Positions 1 through 10,351 of a stretch of 64,000 bases of DNA are shown here, in pieces. The stretch's first letter is position 1. The number at the start of each line of letters is the position of its first letter. Made by a program: the position numbers and the translations under genes. The notes under the pieces were generated by a model. The model saw only the letters and a program-made list of their open reading frames with translations. It made no database searches and had not been told where the DNA came from. Source of the DNA: Clostridia bacterium (lineage in GTDB: Bacteria > Bacillota > Clostridia > Oscillospirales > Oscillospiraceae); the NCBI GenBank assembly GCA_021153265.1, contig JAGKTU010000001.1:9936-73935 (forward strand), read 5' to 3'.

Positions 1-1131
1 GTTGCTTAAGCCCCAGACTACAATACTGGGGTGGTTGTAATTCTGGACGATAAGCTCCTTCATCTGCTGAATGGTGTTTTCACGGCCGGTGGGCATATGC
101 TGGGAGATATAAGGGATCTCTGCCCAGATGACCATACCCCGTTCGTCGCACAGGTCATAGAAATACTGGTCGTGCTGATAGTGGGCAAGGCGGATGGTCG
201 TGGCACCAACCTCACAGATCAAGTCCATGTCCTCATCATGATGCTCAGGAAGCAGTGCATTGCCAAGACCTAAGCGGTCCTGATGCCGGCTGACACCCCG
301 CAGGGGATATTCGTGACCATTGAGAATGAAACCCTTTTCAGGATCGATGCTGTAAGAACGGCAGCCGAAACGGGAAGAAACATCGTCCAGAACCTTGCCA
401 TGCTCCAGAAGCTCGACGCGGCAGGTATAGAGATAGGGATCTCTTCTGCCCTGCCAGAGATGGATGTTCTTCATGCGGAAGTTGACCTTACGGCCGGTGG
501 TTTCATGTTCTACGACCACATTTCCCTCCTGATCCAGAAGGGTGTAGCGCAGGATCTGGTTGGTCATCATCTGCTTGACGAAGGTCTCAACGAGAATCTG
601 AGCATCGGTACCCTCCACCTTGGGGGTGATCTTCAGACCGTTGCCGCCGTAATACTCCAGATCGAAGTGGGATTCACTAACGCAGATCAGATTTACATTG
701 CGGTAGATACCACCGTAAAAAGTAAAGTCGGCAACCTGAGGATAGACCGTTTCGTTAATGCCGTTGTCCACAGCTACCACAATCATGGTTTTCTGACCGG
801 CTTCGATCTCATTCGTCACATCGCAGCGCCAAGTGGAGTAGCCGCCGTCATGGTGCATGAGCAGATTGCCGTCGACATACAGATCCGCACTGGAATTGAC
901 ACCGTTGAACTCAAGATAGTAACGGTCAGCAGAGGGGATGTCTTCCCGATCCAGCTCCTTGGCATAGTAGGCAGTGCCGCGGTAATAGTCATTGCCGCCA
1001 TCCTGACCGTCCAGAGCATTCCAGCTGTGGGGCAGATTTACAAAGTTCCATTTTCGATTGATTTCGGAAGGAACTTCCGTGGCTTCCTTGGAAAATGCCC
1101 ATTTGTTATTGAGATTATGTATGATTCGCAT
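1..1131 (-). CDS. Glycoside hydrolase family 2 (beta-galactosidase-like), 3' part outside window
   Basis: Absent from the ORF track because it runs off the edge. Manual translation gives MRIIHNLNNKWAFSKE...VNLPHSWNALDGQDGGNDYYRG...NHPSIVVWGLSN, the GH2 acid/base motif region. RBS AGGAGG upstream. Confidence 0.9.
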   Translation of the reverse strand, partial: MRIIHNLNNKWAFSKEATEVPSEINRKWNFVNLPHSWNALDGQDGGNDYYRGTAYYAKELDREDIPSADRYYLEFNGVNSSADLYVDGNLLMHHDGGYSTWRCDVTNEIEAGQKTMIVVAVDNGINETVYPQVADFTFYGGIYRNVNLICVSESHFDLEYYGGNGLKITPKVEGTDAQILVETFVKQMMTNQILRYTLLDQEGNVVVEHETTGRKVNFRMKNIHLWQGRRDPYLYTCRVELLEHGKVLDDVSSRFGCRSYSIDPEKGFILNGHEYPLRGVSRHQDRLGLGNALLPEHHDEDMDLICEVGATTIRLAHYQHDQYFYDLCDERGMVIWAEIPYISQHMPTGRENTIQQMKELIVQNYNHPSIVVWGLSN

Positions 1132-1202
1132 AGAAAACGCCTCCTGTTTTTCTTATCCTTTATACTATAGCACAATTTCAGCATTTTGCATAGAGAAACA
1201 TA

Positions 1203-1237
1203 AAAAAGTGCGCCCAAATTTTGCATTTGGGCGCACT
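1203..1237 (-). terminator. Intrinsic terminator after aminotransferase
   Basis: Stem AGTGCGCCCAAAT/ATTTGGGCGCACT with T-run on - strand. Confidence 0.8.
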
Positions 1238-1244
1238 CCAGTAT

Positions 1245-2531
1245 TTACTTATTCAACAGTTTCTCCAGCGCTGCCAGCTTCAGACTGGTGGTGAAGACCT
1301 CCATGGCCTGCTCCAGTTCTGCCACGGGGGGCAGACTGGGGGCGATGCGGATATTGCTGTCGTTGGGGTCCTTTCCGTAGGGGAAGGTTGCGCCGGCATT
1401 GGTCATGGTGACACCGGCTTCTTTACACAGATTCCAGACCCGCTTAGCGGTACCGGGCATGGCATTCAGGCTGATGAAGTAGCCGCCAGTGGGGCGCTTC
1501 CACTCGGCAATGCCCAGAGGCTTGATCTCACGGTCCAGAATATCGGCAACACAGCGGAACTTGGGGCCCATGACGGTGGCATGACGCTTCATGATCTCCA
1601 GAGTATGTGCCTTATCCTTCAGGTACTTCACGTGGCGCAGCTGATTGACCTTGTCATAAGAGATCATCTGGACGCCGAAAACGCCGGTGAAGTAGTCGAT
1701 ATTGCCCTCGCTGGCTGCCATACAGCTGGTGCCGCCGCCGGCGAAGGTGATCTTGGAAGTGGATGCAAACTCGAAGACCATGTCAGGACGGCCAGCCTTC
1801 TCGCACATGGAGATGATATCGGGGAAAGGTACATACTCACCCTCAAACTCATGCATGCAGTAGGCATTGTCCCAGATGATCGCAAAATCGGGAGCGGCAG
1901 GCTTCAGATTCGCGAAGCGCTGGATGGTCTCGTCGCTGAAGATGATACCATCGGGGTTGGAATACTTGGGAACAACCCAGATCATCTTGACTGCGGGATC
2001 CTTGACATACTCCTCAACCATGTCCATGTCGGGTCCGGTGGGAGTCATGGGGATGTAGATCAGCTCGGCACCGTAGAACTCACCGATCTGGAAATGGCGG
2101 TCATATCCGGGGCTGGGGCAAAGGAACTTGACCTTCTCCTCCTTGCACCAGGGACGGGGGCTGTGAAGCAGGCCGTGGGTGAAGGCGCGGGAGACAATGT
2201 CACACATCATATTCAGAGACGCAGCACCACCCACGAAAATCTGGCTGGGCTTGCAGTCCAGAACATCTGCCCAGTAGGCACGGGCAGAGGGCAGACCGGC
2301 CAGCTCGCCGTAGTTACGGGAGTCGATGGTGCCGTCAAAGCAATCCTCAGGGGTCTGCAGAACATTCAGAATGTCACTGACCAGATCCAGCTGAGCCTTT
2401 GCAGGCTTGCCGCGGGCCATATTCAGATTCAGCTTCTTGGCTTTGCAGGTTTCGTAGTTTGCCAGCTCAGCCTGGTAGGCTGCCTCAAGCTGTTCGGGTG
2501 TCATGCAAGAATAGGGGGTCACAAAAATCAT
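1245..2531 (-). CDS. PLP-dependent aminotransferase (Rv3722c/PF12897-type aspartate aminotransferase-like)
   Basis: LNMARGKP, PGYDRHF, VPKYSNPDG, WDNAY, STSKITF (PLP Lys), IRIAPS. A GTG start at 2522 is possible. Confidence 0.85.
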   Translation of the reverse strand: MIFVTPYSCMTPEQLEAAYQAELANYETCKAKKLNLNMARGKPAKAQLDLVSDILNVLQTPEDCFDGTIDSRNYGELAGLPSARAYWADVLDCKPSQIFVGGAASLNMMCDIVSRAFTHGLLHSPRPWCKEEKVKFLCPSPGYDRHFQIGEFYGAELIYIPMTPTGPDMDMVEEYVKDPAVKMIWVVPKYSNPDGIIFSDETIQRFANLKPAAPDFAIIWDNAYCMHEFEGEYVPFPDIISMCEKAGRPDMVFEFASTSKITFAGGGTSCMAASEGNIDYFTGVFGVQMISYDKVNQLRHVKYLKDKAHTLEIMKRHATVMGPKFRCVADILDREIKPLGIAEWKRPTGGYFISLNAMPGTAKRVWNLCKEAGVTMTNAGATFPYGKDPNDSNIRIAPSLPPVAELEQAMEVFTTSLKLAALEKLLNK

Positions 2532-2797
2532 CCTTTCGCCCTTTTGGCGTTATTTTCTGGGCCTATTATATGACATTGGATACAGAAATGCAATATTATA
2601 ATCCCCAAAATTTCATTTTGGAGATATTTCGGAGAATTACACAAAACATTCTGTTGCACGAATGATTTTTTTAACAATTTCGTTTCTTGTTTTTTGGGAA
2701 ATTCTCTCATAAAATGGTCATGTATTTATGAATGTATTATGGGTTGTTATTGCAAAAATCCATTTTGCAATTATCTGTGATCGAAAGGATTTTGGGT

Positions 2798-4882
2798 ATG
2801 AATGAAATTCTGAACGTTCCTGAAATTTTCGGCAGCGACGTTTTCAACGAAGCCACCATGAAGCAGCGGCTTGCACCGGATGTATATGCCGCATGGAAGC
2901 ACTGCATCCAGAGCGGCTCCGCGCTGGAGTTGACCGTTGCAAATCATATCGCGGAAGCTATGAAGGAATGGGCTACCGAAAAAGGTGCTACCCACTACAC
3001 CCACTGGTTCCAGCCTATGACCGGAATTACCGCAGAGAAGCATGACTCCTTCATCTCCCCCACCGGCGACGGTCGGGTGATCATGGAGTTCTCCGGCAAG
3101 GAGCTGGTCCGAGGCGAGCCTGATGCCTCCTCCTTCCCTTCCGGCGGCCTGAGAGCCACCTTTGAGGCCCGCGGCTACACCGCATGGGATCCCACCTCCG
3201 CCGCTTTCGTCAAAGACGGCAGTTTGTACATCCCCACCTGCTTCTTCTCTTATACCGGAGAAGCTCTGGACAAGAAGACTCCTCTGCTGCGCTCTATCGA
3301 CGAAGTTTCCCGGGAAGCAGTCAGAATTCTGCGGCTCTTCGGCGACACGGAAACTAAGCGGATCATCCCCTCCGTTGGCGCGGAGCAGGAATATTTCCTG
3401 CTGCCCAAAGACCTGTATGCTCAGAGAGAAGACCTGCGGCTCACCGGCCGCACCCTCTTCGGCGCAGCACCTCCCAAGGGACAGGAACTGGATGATCACT
3501 ACTTCGGCACCATCCGTACCCGTGTCTCCGCTTTCATGAAGGATCTTGATGAACAGCTGTGGCGGCTGGGCATCCTGTCAAAGACCAAGCACAACGAAGG
3601 CGCACCCTGTCAGCATGAGCTGGCTCCTATTTACACCGACGCCAACACCGCCTGCGACGACAACCAGATGATCATGCTGACCATGAAAAAGTGCGCCGCC
3701 AAGCATAATCTGGTATGTCTGCTCCACGAAAAGCCTTTCGCAGGCATCAGCGGCTCCGGCAAGCACAACAACTGGTCTTTGGCCACCGACACCGGCAAGA
3801 ATCTGTTCAGCCCCGGCAAGACCCCCTATCAGAACGCCCGTTTCCTGCTGTTTCTGGCGGCATTTATCAAGGGCGTGGACGAATATCAGGATCTTCTTCG
3901 CTGCACTGTAGCTTCCGCCGGTAACGATCACCGTCTGGGCGCCAACGAAGCGCCTCCTGCCATTATTTCCATCTTCCTGGGCGATGAACTGAATGCCATC
4001 GTCAAGTCTATCGTGGAAGGCACGGACTATGAAAACCCGGAAAAGAGTAACCTTCGCATTGGCGTGGACGTTCTGCCCACCATCCGCAAAGACACCACCG
4101 ACCGCAACCGCACCTCTCCCCTGGCTTTTACCGGCAACAAGTTTGAATTCCGTATGCTGGGTTCTTCTCAGTCCGTTTCCAGCCCCAATGTGGTGCTCAA
4201 TACCATCATGGCAGAAGAGCTGGGTCAATTTGCCGACATTCTGGAGCAGGCGGAAGATTTTGATTCTGCACTGCATGATCTGGTATGCAAGGCATTCACA
4301 CAGCACCAGCGGATCATCTTTGACGGCAACGGTTACAGTGAAGAATGGAAAGAAGAGGCAGCCCGACGGGGATTAAGCAATCTGCCCTCCACCGCCGAAT
4401 GCCTGCCCACCTATGTTTCCGAGAAGAATATCGATCTGGTGACTCGGCACGGCATCTTCACCGAGAACGAATTCAAGGCAAGACACGCCATCTATCTGGA
4501 GGCATATAACAAAGTTGTCAGCATCGAAGCCCGAACCATGGTGGATATGGCCATCCATCAGATTCTCCCGGCTGCCATGCACTACACAAGAGATCTTTGT
4601 CAAAGTGTGAGCAGCAAGCAGGCTGTGGGTGCTTCCTGTAGGGCAGAATCCAGTCTGGTTAGGCAGATCTCTCAGGCCAGCGATGCACTGTACGATGCTA
4701 TTGAGGCATTGAAGGCCGCATTGAGTTCTGTGCCTGCAAGTGCAGCGCAGGCAAGCAGCTACTATCACGATGCAGTGATCCCCTGCATGACCAATTTGAG
4801 AACCCATGCAGATGCACTGGAGATGCTCACCGACAAATCCTACTGGCCTTATCCGACATATTCCGATCTGCTGTTCTACTAA
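2798..4882 (+). CDS. glnN: Glutamine synthetase type III
   Basis: HYTHWFQPMTG, AEKHDSF, EPDASSFPSGGLRATFEARGYTAWD, GSGKHNNW, HRLGANEAPP, DRNRTSP. RBS GAAAGGA before ATG 2798. Confidence 0.95.
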   Translation: MNEILNVPEIFGSDVFNEATMKQRLAPDVYAAWKHCIQSGSALELTVANHIAEAMKEWATEKGATHYTHWFQPMTGITAEKHDSFISPTGDGRVIMEFSGKELVRGEPDASSFPSGGLRATFEARGYTAWDPTSAAFVKDGSLYIPTCFFSYTGEALDKKTPLLRSIDEVSREAVRILRLFGDTETKRIIPSVGAEQEYFLLPKDLYAQREDLRLTGRTLFGAAPPKGQELDDHYFGTIRTRVSAFMKDLDEQLWRLGILSKTKHNEGAPCQHELAPIYTDANTACDDNQMIMLTMKKCAAKHNLVCLLHEKPFAGISGSGKHNNWSLATDTGKNLFSPGKTPYQNARFLLFLAAFIKGVDEYQDLLRCTVASAGNDHRLGANEAPPAIISIFLGDELNAIVKSIVEGTDYENPEKSNLRIGVDVLPTIRKDTTDRNRTSPLAFTGNKFEFRMLGSSQSVSSPNVVLNTIMAEELGQFADILEQAEDFDSALHDLVCKAFTQHQRIIFDGNGYSEEWKEEAARRGLSNLPSTAECLPTYVSEKNIDLVTRHGIFTENEFKARHAIYLEAYNKVVSIEARTMVDMAIHQILPAAMHYTRDLCQSVSSKQAVGASCRAESSLVRQISQASDALYDAIEALKAALSSVPASAAQASSYYHDAVIPCMTNLRTHADALEMLTDKSYWPYPTYSDLLFY

Positions 4883-4886
4883 GCAC

Positions 4887-4922
4887 AAAAAGACCGAACC
4901 CAGTTGGGTTCGGTCTTTTTTT
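4887..4922. terminator. Bidirectional intrinsic terminator
   Basis: AAAAAGACCGAACCCAgtTGGGTTCGGTCTTTTTT between convergent genes. Confidence 0.9.
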
Positions 4923-4931
4923 ACTTTCAGC

Positions 4932-6761
4932 TTACTGCACAGCCTTCAGTTCAGTGATATACTGCTCGCGGCGGCGGTTGCGCTCATTGCGGTAGTACTC
5001 ATCGTTACCGGAGTGGATCTCACGAAGGTAATCATAGTGATTGTGCAGGATTGCCTCGTTGTTACGTGCCAGCATCATAACAGCCACAGCGGAGCAATGG
5101 TCGGATGCGCGCTCCAGATGGGTCAGGGCTTCCATGAACACCAGACCGGAGCTGATGGAGCAGGCACCGGACTTCAGGCGCTTGGTATGGCGGTCCCGGA
5201 GGATCATAACCATATCGTCGATGGTCTCCTCCAGAGGCTCGATCTGCTTTGCCTTGTCGTTATCGTTGGCAGAGAATGCGTCCACAGTGATGGAGATAAT
5301 CTCGTTCACGGCATCACAGAGGATGGACATTTCCTTCTTTGCGGAATCGGAGAAAGCACAGCTATCGTTGTGCATCCGCTCGGACAGTTCCACCAGATTG
5401 GTGGCATAGTCGCCGATACGCTCGAAGCTGGGGACAGTCTGCAGAAGCATATCCACCTGACGGTCATCCAGCTCAGTCTCAACAGCCTTGCTCAGGCCAA
5501 TGAGGAAGCGGTCGGAACGGTCGGCAAACTCATCCAGAGATGTCTCGTCTGCATCGATTTCGGAAAAATCGGTATCGTCATAGTTCAGCAGGATGCCGCA
5601 GCACTTGGCGAAGTTCTCCTTGGCGATCCGGCCCATAGCGGCAACAGCCTTGGTGGCCTCAGCCACAGCAACGGCAGGAGAAATATACAGCTTCTCGTCC
5701 AGAGTGTGCAGTTCGGGATGACGGGGTGCCTTCTCCTTCTCCTCCTTGACGAAGAGCATGGACAGCTTGACCATGCCGCCGGCAAAGGGAATCAAAATAA
5801 AGGCGGTAAGCAGGTTGAAGATGGTCTGGAAGTTTGCAATCACGCCGCTGTCGGCAGTCATCTGCCAGAAAGATTCACCCCAGATGTTGTTGGCCTGCAG
5901 GATAGACATGACGATCATGAACAGGATGGTACCGATGGTGTTAAACAGGATGTGGACCACGCCGGTACGCTTGGCATCCTTGGAAGAGCCGATGGAACAA
6001 ACCATGGCGGTGGTAACACAGGTGCCGAGGTTGATGCCCATGATGATAGGATAGGCCATGGCAAAGGTCACCACAACGGTATCGGGGTTGGTCTGTGCAG
6101 CAACTGCAGTAGCCGTCGCAACCGTCTGCAGCATACCGACCGTTGCGGAAGAGCTCTGAACGATGACGGTCAGAACCAGACCGAACAGAATGCCAAGAAT
6201 GGGGTTGCTCAGATAGCCAAGGAAGGATTCAAACACACTGGTACCGATCAGAGGCTTGACGCCGTCGGTCATCAGATTCAAGCCAATGAACAGCACACCA
6301 AAACCAATGCAGATATCGCCGATGGGCTTGGCCTTCTTGCGCTTGACGAACATCACCAAAATGATGCCGATGACCAGCGCAATGGGAGCAAGGGTATCGG
6401 TGTCAAACAGCCACAGGAAGAAGCTGCCGTCGGACTCAACGGAACCCAGACGGATGATCTGAGCGGTGATGGTGGTACCGATGTTGGCACCCATGACGAC
6501 GGAGACGGCCTGCTTCAGATTCAGCACGCCGGCACCGATCAAAGCGACGGTCAGAACGATGGTTGCAGTGGAACTCTGGATCACGGCGGTGACCAGCGCA
6601 CCGGTAAGGACGCCCATGACCACATTGCCGGTAACCTTCTCCAGAACCCGTTTCAGGGCAGCGCCGGAACTGTTCTTCAGGCCGTCACCCATGACCTCGA
6701 TACCGTAGAGGAACATGGCCAGACCGCCCAGCAGCTGGATGATTGCACTAACGATTGTCAT
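4932..6761 (-). CDS. Na+/phosphate cotransporter family protein with PhoU-like C-terminal domains
   Basis: Two QSSTAT/QSSSAT repeats, GANIGTT, C-terminal ERIGDYATN and LERASDHC PhoU-like helices. Confidence 0.93.
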   Translation of the reverse strand: MTIVSAIIQLLGGLAMFLYGIEVMGDGLKNSSGAALKRVLEKVTGNVVMGVLTGALVTAVIQSSTATIVLTVALIGAGVLNLKQAVSVVMGANIGTTITAQIIRLGSVESDGSFFLWLFDTDTLAPIALVIGIILVMFVKRKKAKPIGDICIGFGVLFIGLNLMTDGVKPLIGTSVFESFLGYLSNPILGILFGLVLTVIVQSSSATVGMLQTVATATAVAAQTNPDTVVVTFAMAYPIIMGINLGTCVTTAMVCSIGSSKDAKRTGVVHILFNTIGTILFMIVMSILQANNIWGESFWQMTADSGVIANFQTIFNLLTAFILIPFAGGMVKLSMLFVKEEKEKAPRHPELHTLDEKLYISPAVAVAEATKAVAAMGRIAKENFAKCCGILLNYDDTDFSEIDADETSLDEFADRSDRFLIGLSKAVETELDDRQVDMLLQTVPSFERIGDYATNLVELSERMHNDSCAFSDSAKKEMSILCDAVNEIISITVDAFSANDNDKAKQIEPLEETIDDMVMILRDRHTKRLKSGACSISSGLVFMEALTHLERASDHCSAVAVMMLARNNEAILHNHYDYLREIHSGNDEYYRNERNRRREQYITELKAVQ

Positions 6762-6899
6762 AATAGACTCTCCTGTATTCTTTGTCTAAGCCCACTTTGG
6801 GGTATAGAAACATTATAAGAAATTTCCGTGAAAAAGTATAGTAATCAGAATACGAATATTTTTACAAAATTCGTGCCGAAATTTTGTAGAACTCACCGA

Positions 6900-7337
6900 T
6901 TACGTTCCGGTGGAGCCGAAGCCGCCCTGCCCTCTTACTGTATCAGACAGTTCATCCGTCACTGTGAAGCCCGGTGTAAAGACCGGCATGATGAGAATCT
7001 GGGCCACACGCTCGCCGGGGATGACGGTCTGGGGGCGGCTGCCGTGATTATGGAGCATAACCATGATCTCACCCCGGTAGTCGCTATCGATGACGCCGAC
7101 CTTATTTGCAGGAGCTAAATCACGCTTGACACCCATGCTGCTGCGGGCGAAAACAAGACCTACACAGCCAAAGGGGATCTCCATGGACACGCCGGTGAGG
7201 ATCTTGGCAGTCTCGCCGGGTTGGATAGTAACTTCGCTGTCCATGCAGGCGTAGAGATCAGCGCCAGCAGCACCGGAAGTGCCGTAAGTGGGCATCTGTG
7301 CGCCCTCGCGGAGCAATTTGATTCGGATCTTTTCCAT
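6900..7337 (-). CDS. dut: dUTP diphosphatase (trimeric dUTPase)
   Basis: AGADL, RSS, GVIDSDYRGE, RVAQ, RGQGGFGSTG motifs. Confidence 0.96.
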   Translation of the reverse strand: MEKIRIKLLREGAQMPTYGTSGAAGADLYACMDSEVTIQPGETAKILTGVSMEIPFGCVGLVFARSSMGVKRDLAPANKVGVIDSDYRGEIMVMLHNHGSRPQTVIPGERVAQILIMPVFTPGFTVTDELSDTVRGQGGFGSTGT

Positions 7338-7885
7338 TATTTCATTCCCTTTCTATCACCCTGCCAGTCCTGCCAGAGTACGATACTGCCGGATGCCAGC
7401 GATGCCGGCACATCAATCAGCCGCTGATTTTCAGACCCGCGGAAGCGAAGAGACAAATTCTTCTTGGACATGATGAAGGGGCCGTCCACCAGAACATCAA
7501 GATAGCTTAAGAATTCCTTGGTAATCTCCCAGTCGCCAAGGCGTCCGGAGAGGATGTCCCGGTCAAACAGGTATCCGGAAAATGCCCAGATGCTCTTTTC
7601 GGGGTATTTCGCCTTGATCTGCCGAAGCAAATCCACAATGGCAGGCTGGTTCTGAGGTTCAAACGGTTCGCCGCCCAACAGAGTCAAGCCACGGATATAG
7701 GCAGGTTTCAGCATTTCGAGGATCGAGTCTATGGTATCGTGGGTAAAGGGTTCACCATAGTTAAAATCCCATGCCACCTCATTAAAACATCCCGGGCAGC
7801 GGTGGGTACAGCCGGAGACGAACAGGCTGACCCGAACACCGGGGCCATTGGCAATATCACAGTTTTTAATGGTTGCGTAATTCAC
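7337..7885 (-). CDS. nrdG: Anaerobic ribonucleotide reductase activating protein (radical SAM)
   Basis: NGPGVRVSLFVSGCTHRCPGCFN, GGEPF, DVLVDGPF, FRGSENQR. Confidence 0.95.
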   Translation of the reverse strand: MNYATIKNCDIANGPGVRVSLFVSGCTHRCPGCFNEVAWDFNYGEPFTHDTIDSILEMLKPAYIRGLTLLGGEPFEPQNQPAIVDLLRQIKAKYPEKSIWAFSGYLFDRDILSGRLGDWEITKEFLSYLDVLVDGPFIMSKKNLSLRFRGSENQRLIDVPASLASGSIVLWQDWQGDRKGMK

Positions 7886-8807
7886 TTTGTGCCTCCATAT
7901 TTTTTCCTAATTTTGAAAACCACCGGAAAGTCATGGGCCATACCATGCCGGCCACCACCACGATGAGGAAATACCGCACCGCCCGGGCTGCCATATGTCC
8001 GGCAAAAAGCGCATCCAAGGGAGCGCGAAGCCCCTCTTTCACAGCAAGGACAAGGCCAAGTCCCAGCACTACTTTCAAAAGCTGCGCCCACCAGACCGCT
8101 TTCTCCGGGAAGCGGATGTACTTCTTCTCCCCTACATACACAATGGCAACACCGGTGAGAGAGCCGATCATGGTGTAAGCATTTTTCACGCCGGACCGGA
8201 GATTGTTTGCATCGATGTCTGACGGGAAGGGGTAAAGCTGCACAAACAGCATAAGCCCCACCGCCATGGCGATCATACCGGCCAGCAGCGCTTTCATACC
8301 CGATGCGTGATCGGAAAGGGTTACTTTTTTCAGCAGGAGCACCAGGATCACCGCGATGACCGCGGACACCAGCACATCCTGAGGGGTATGGACGCCGATG
8401 TACATCCGGGAAAAAGCCACCAGTGTTGCCAGAGCGATGCACACAATCCTGGTCCACCGCTTCTTGGCGCCGGCAGCAATGGCGCCGAAGGTTCCCACCG
8501 CCATCTGGGTGTGTCCACTGGGGAAGCTGTACCCGGAGGCGGCTTCCCTGGCCTGTTCCAGAATGGTAAAATCCGGGTCTATGACCCAAGGGCGGGGAAT
8601 CCGGAACCAGAGCTTCAGAAATTGATTGACCATGGTGCCAATGAAGCCCACGGACATAAGATAATAACCCTTTCGCTTGTCCACGCACCAGAAAAACACC
8701 AGCGCAAGGGCAAGAAAGGCGGTTTCTTCACCCAGCATGGTGATCATAAGCATAATTTCATTGAGGATGGGCAGGCGGATGCCCTCCAGCCAGTACAGTA
8801 TCTGCAT
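7866..8807 (-). CDS. PAP2 family membrane phosphatase
   Basis: KxxxRIPRP, SFPSGH, SRMYIGVHTPQD motifs. RBS AGGAGG before ATG 8807. Confidence 0.9.
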   Translation of the reverse strand: MQILYWLEGIRLPILNEIMLMITMLGEETAFLALALVFFWCVDKRKGYYLMSVGFIGTMVNQFLKLWFRIPRPWVIDPDFTILEQAREAASGYSFPSGHTQMAVGTFGAIAAGAKKRWTRIVCIALATLVAFSRMYIGVHTPQDVLVSAVIAVILVLLLKKVTLSDHASGMKALLAGMIAMAVGLMLFVQLYPFPSDIDANNLRSGVKNAYTMIGSLTGVAIVYVGEKKYIRFPEKAVWWAQLLKVVLGLGLVLAVKEGLRAPLDALFAGHMAARAVRYFLIVVVAGMVWPMTFRWFSKLGKNMEAQSELRNH

Positions 8808-8899
8808 AACTCGCCTCCTGTTGTTTTTATCAGTATACCACAACTGCCCGGAAATTTCCACATAAAATGACCGCCACTTTTTTCGTGGCGGTCATCGTC

Positions 8900-10144
8900 T
8901 TATTTCTTGGATTTCGGCGGTGGTGCTTCCCGTTCACCGAAGGTTTCTTTATAGTCGGTCCACAGGTCCAATTGGCAATTCTTCTCAAGGCCACGGTAAA
9001 TCAGCTTTCTCGCCACATCATAGAGCACTGCGAAGAAAGGTACACAGACCACCATGCCCACAAGGCCAAACAAGCCGCCAAACAGAATGATGGAAAACAG
9101 CACCCAGAAGCTGGGCAGTCCGGTACGGTCACCCAGAATGGCAGGGCCGATGACGTTGCCGTCCAACTGCTGCAGTCCCAGCACGAACAGCGCAAACCAG
9201 AATGCCTTGACGGGACTGTCGATCATGATCAGCAGGATGGATGGGACCGCGCCGATAAAGGGGCCGAAGAAAGGAATCACATTGGTCACGCCCACAATTG
9301 CGGAAATCAGCAGAGGATTGGGGAAACGGAAGATCAGACAGCCGATGTAGCAAAGGACGCCGATAATGGCCGAATCCACGATCTTACCATCGATAAAGCC
9401 GCCGAACATCTGATCCACGAACTTGAGTTCTTTCAGCACCATGTCTGCCCACTTGGGTTTCAGTACACTGCGGATCACCATGACACCCTGCTTGGCAAAG
9501 CGCTTCCGGCTGGCAAGCAGATACACCGCCACAATGATACCAATGAGGAAGTTCTTCAGGAACATCAGAATCTTCCACACACTCATGCCCACACCGCTGA
9601 CAATGTCAGACACATAGGGAACCAGATTTTGCGATGCCCATACATCCAAATCGTTATAAACGGTCTGATAGGTGGTGTGGAAATAGGAGGTTAGATTTTC
9701 ATTACCGCCCAGAGTACGCGACACCCAGCCGGAAATCTGCTCCGCCCGGTCGGGAAGGGAGATCCAGATGGCTCGAATGCTCCGATACAGTTCCGGTGCG
9801 ATCATGATGATCAGAGCATAAACCACAAGCAGACCGGTGATCATGCTGAATAACACGGCGAGGGTTTCACCCAGTTTCCGCAGCTTGTTCGGCAGCCATT
9901 TGACCAGATATTTCTCGTAATAATTACACACCGGTCGCAGCAGATACGCAATCACGCCGCCGTAAACAAAAGGCGACAGAATACCCATCACTTTGTCTAC
10001 TACATCGGTAATCCCCTGAATTCGGTACAGCAGGAAAAAGAAAATCACACTTAGGCTGATGGCACCAAAACCTGCTATCATACCATACAGATAGGGAGAT
10101 TTTTTGAAATTTTTCACGATCTTCACCTCTTTCTCTATATCCAT
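8900..10144 (-). CDS. AI-2E (PerM) family transporter
   Basis: IAYLLRP, GVTNVIPFFGPFIG, QQLDGNVIGP, GGLFGLVGM. Confidence 0.92.
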   Translation of the reverse strand: MDIEKEVKIVKNFKKSPYLYGMIAGFGAISLSVIFFFLLYRIQGITDVVDKVMGILSPFVYGGVIAYLLRPVCNYYEKYLVKWLPNKLRKLGETLAVLFSMITGLLVVYALIIMIAPELYRSIRAIWISLPDRAEQISGWVSRTLGGNENLTSYFHTTYQTVYNDLDVWASQNLVPYVSDIVSGVGMSVWKILMFLKNFLIGIIVAVYLLASRKRFAKQGVMVIRSVLKPKWADMVLKELKFVDQMFGGFIDGKIVDSAIIGVLCYIGCLIFRFPNPLLISAIVGVTNVIPFFGPFIGAVPSILLIMIDSPVKAFWFALFVLGLQQLDGNVIGPAILGDRTGLPSFWVLFSIILFGGLFGLVGMVVCVPFFAVLYDVARKLIYRGLEKNCQLDLWTDYKETFGEREAPPPKSKK

Positions 10145-10283
10145 TCTATTGTAAGTATACCATTGGTTGAATTGCCTTGTATGAACAAATTATGAATTAG
10201 TCGTAATTAACCAAATCTTAATTTTCCGCTGACATGGTCACGAAGTCTTTACAATTCCCATGGTTTGGATGCCCATTCCGGAC

Positions 10284-10312
10284 TTGCCATTTTCTCACGG
10301 ATTGGATATAAT
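10284..10312 (+). promoter_or_regulatory. SigA-type promoter for the TIGR04255 operon
   Basis: TTGCCA-17 bp-TATAAT. Confidence 0.7.
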
Positions 10313-10351
10313 AGATTGAAACATGACATACTGTAGAAACGAGGGTTTGCT

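Noticed and set aside
283-1170. 295-aa + strand ORF
   Set aside because: Antisense shadow of the GH2 gene on the - strand, which has the RBS and motifs.
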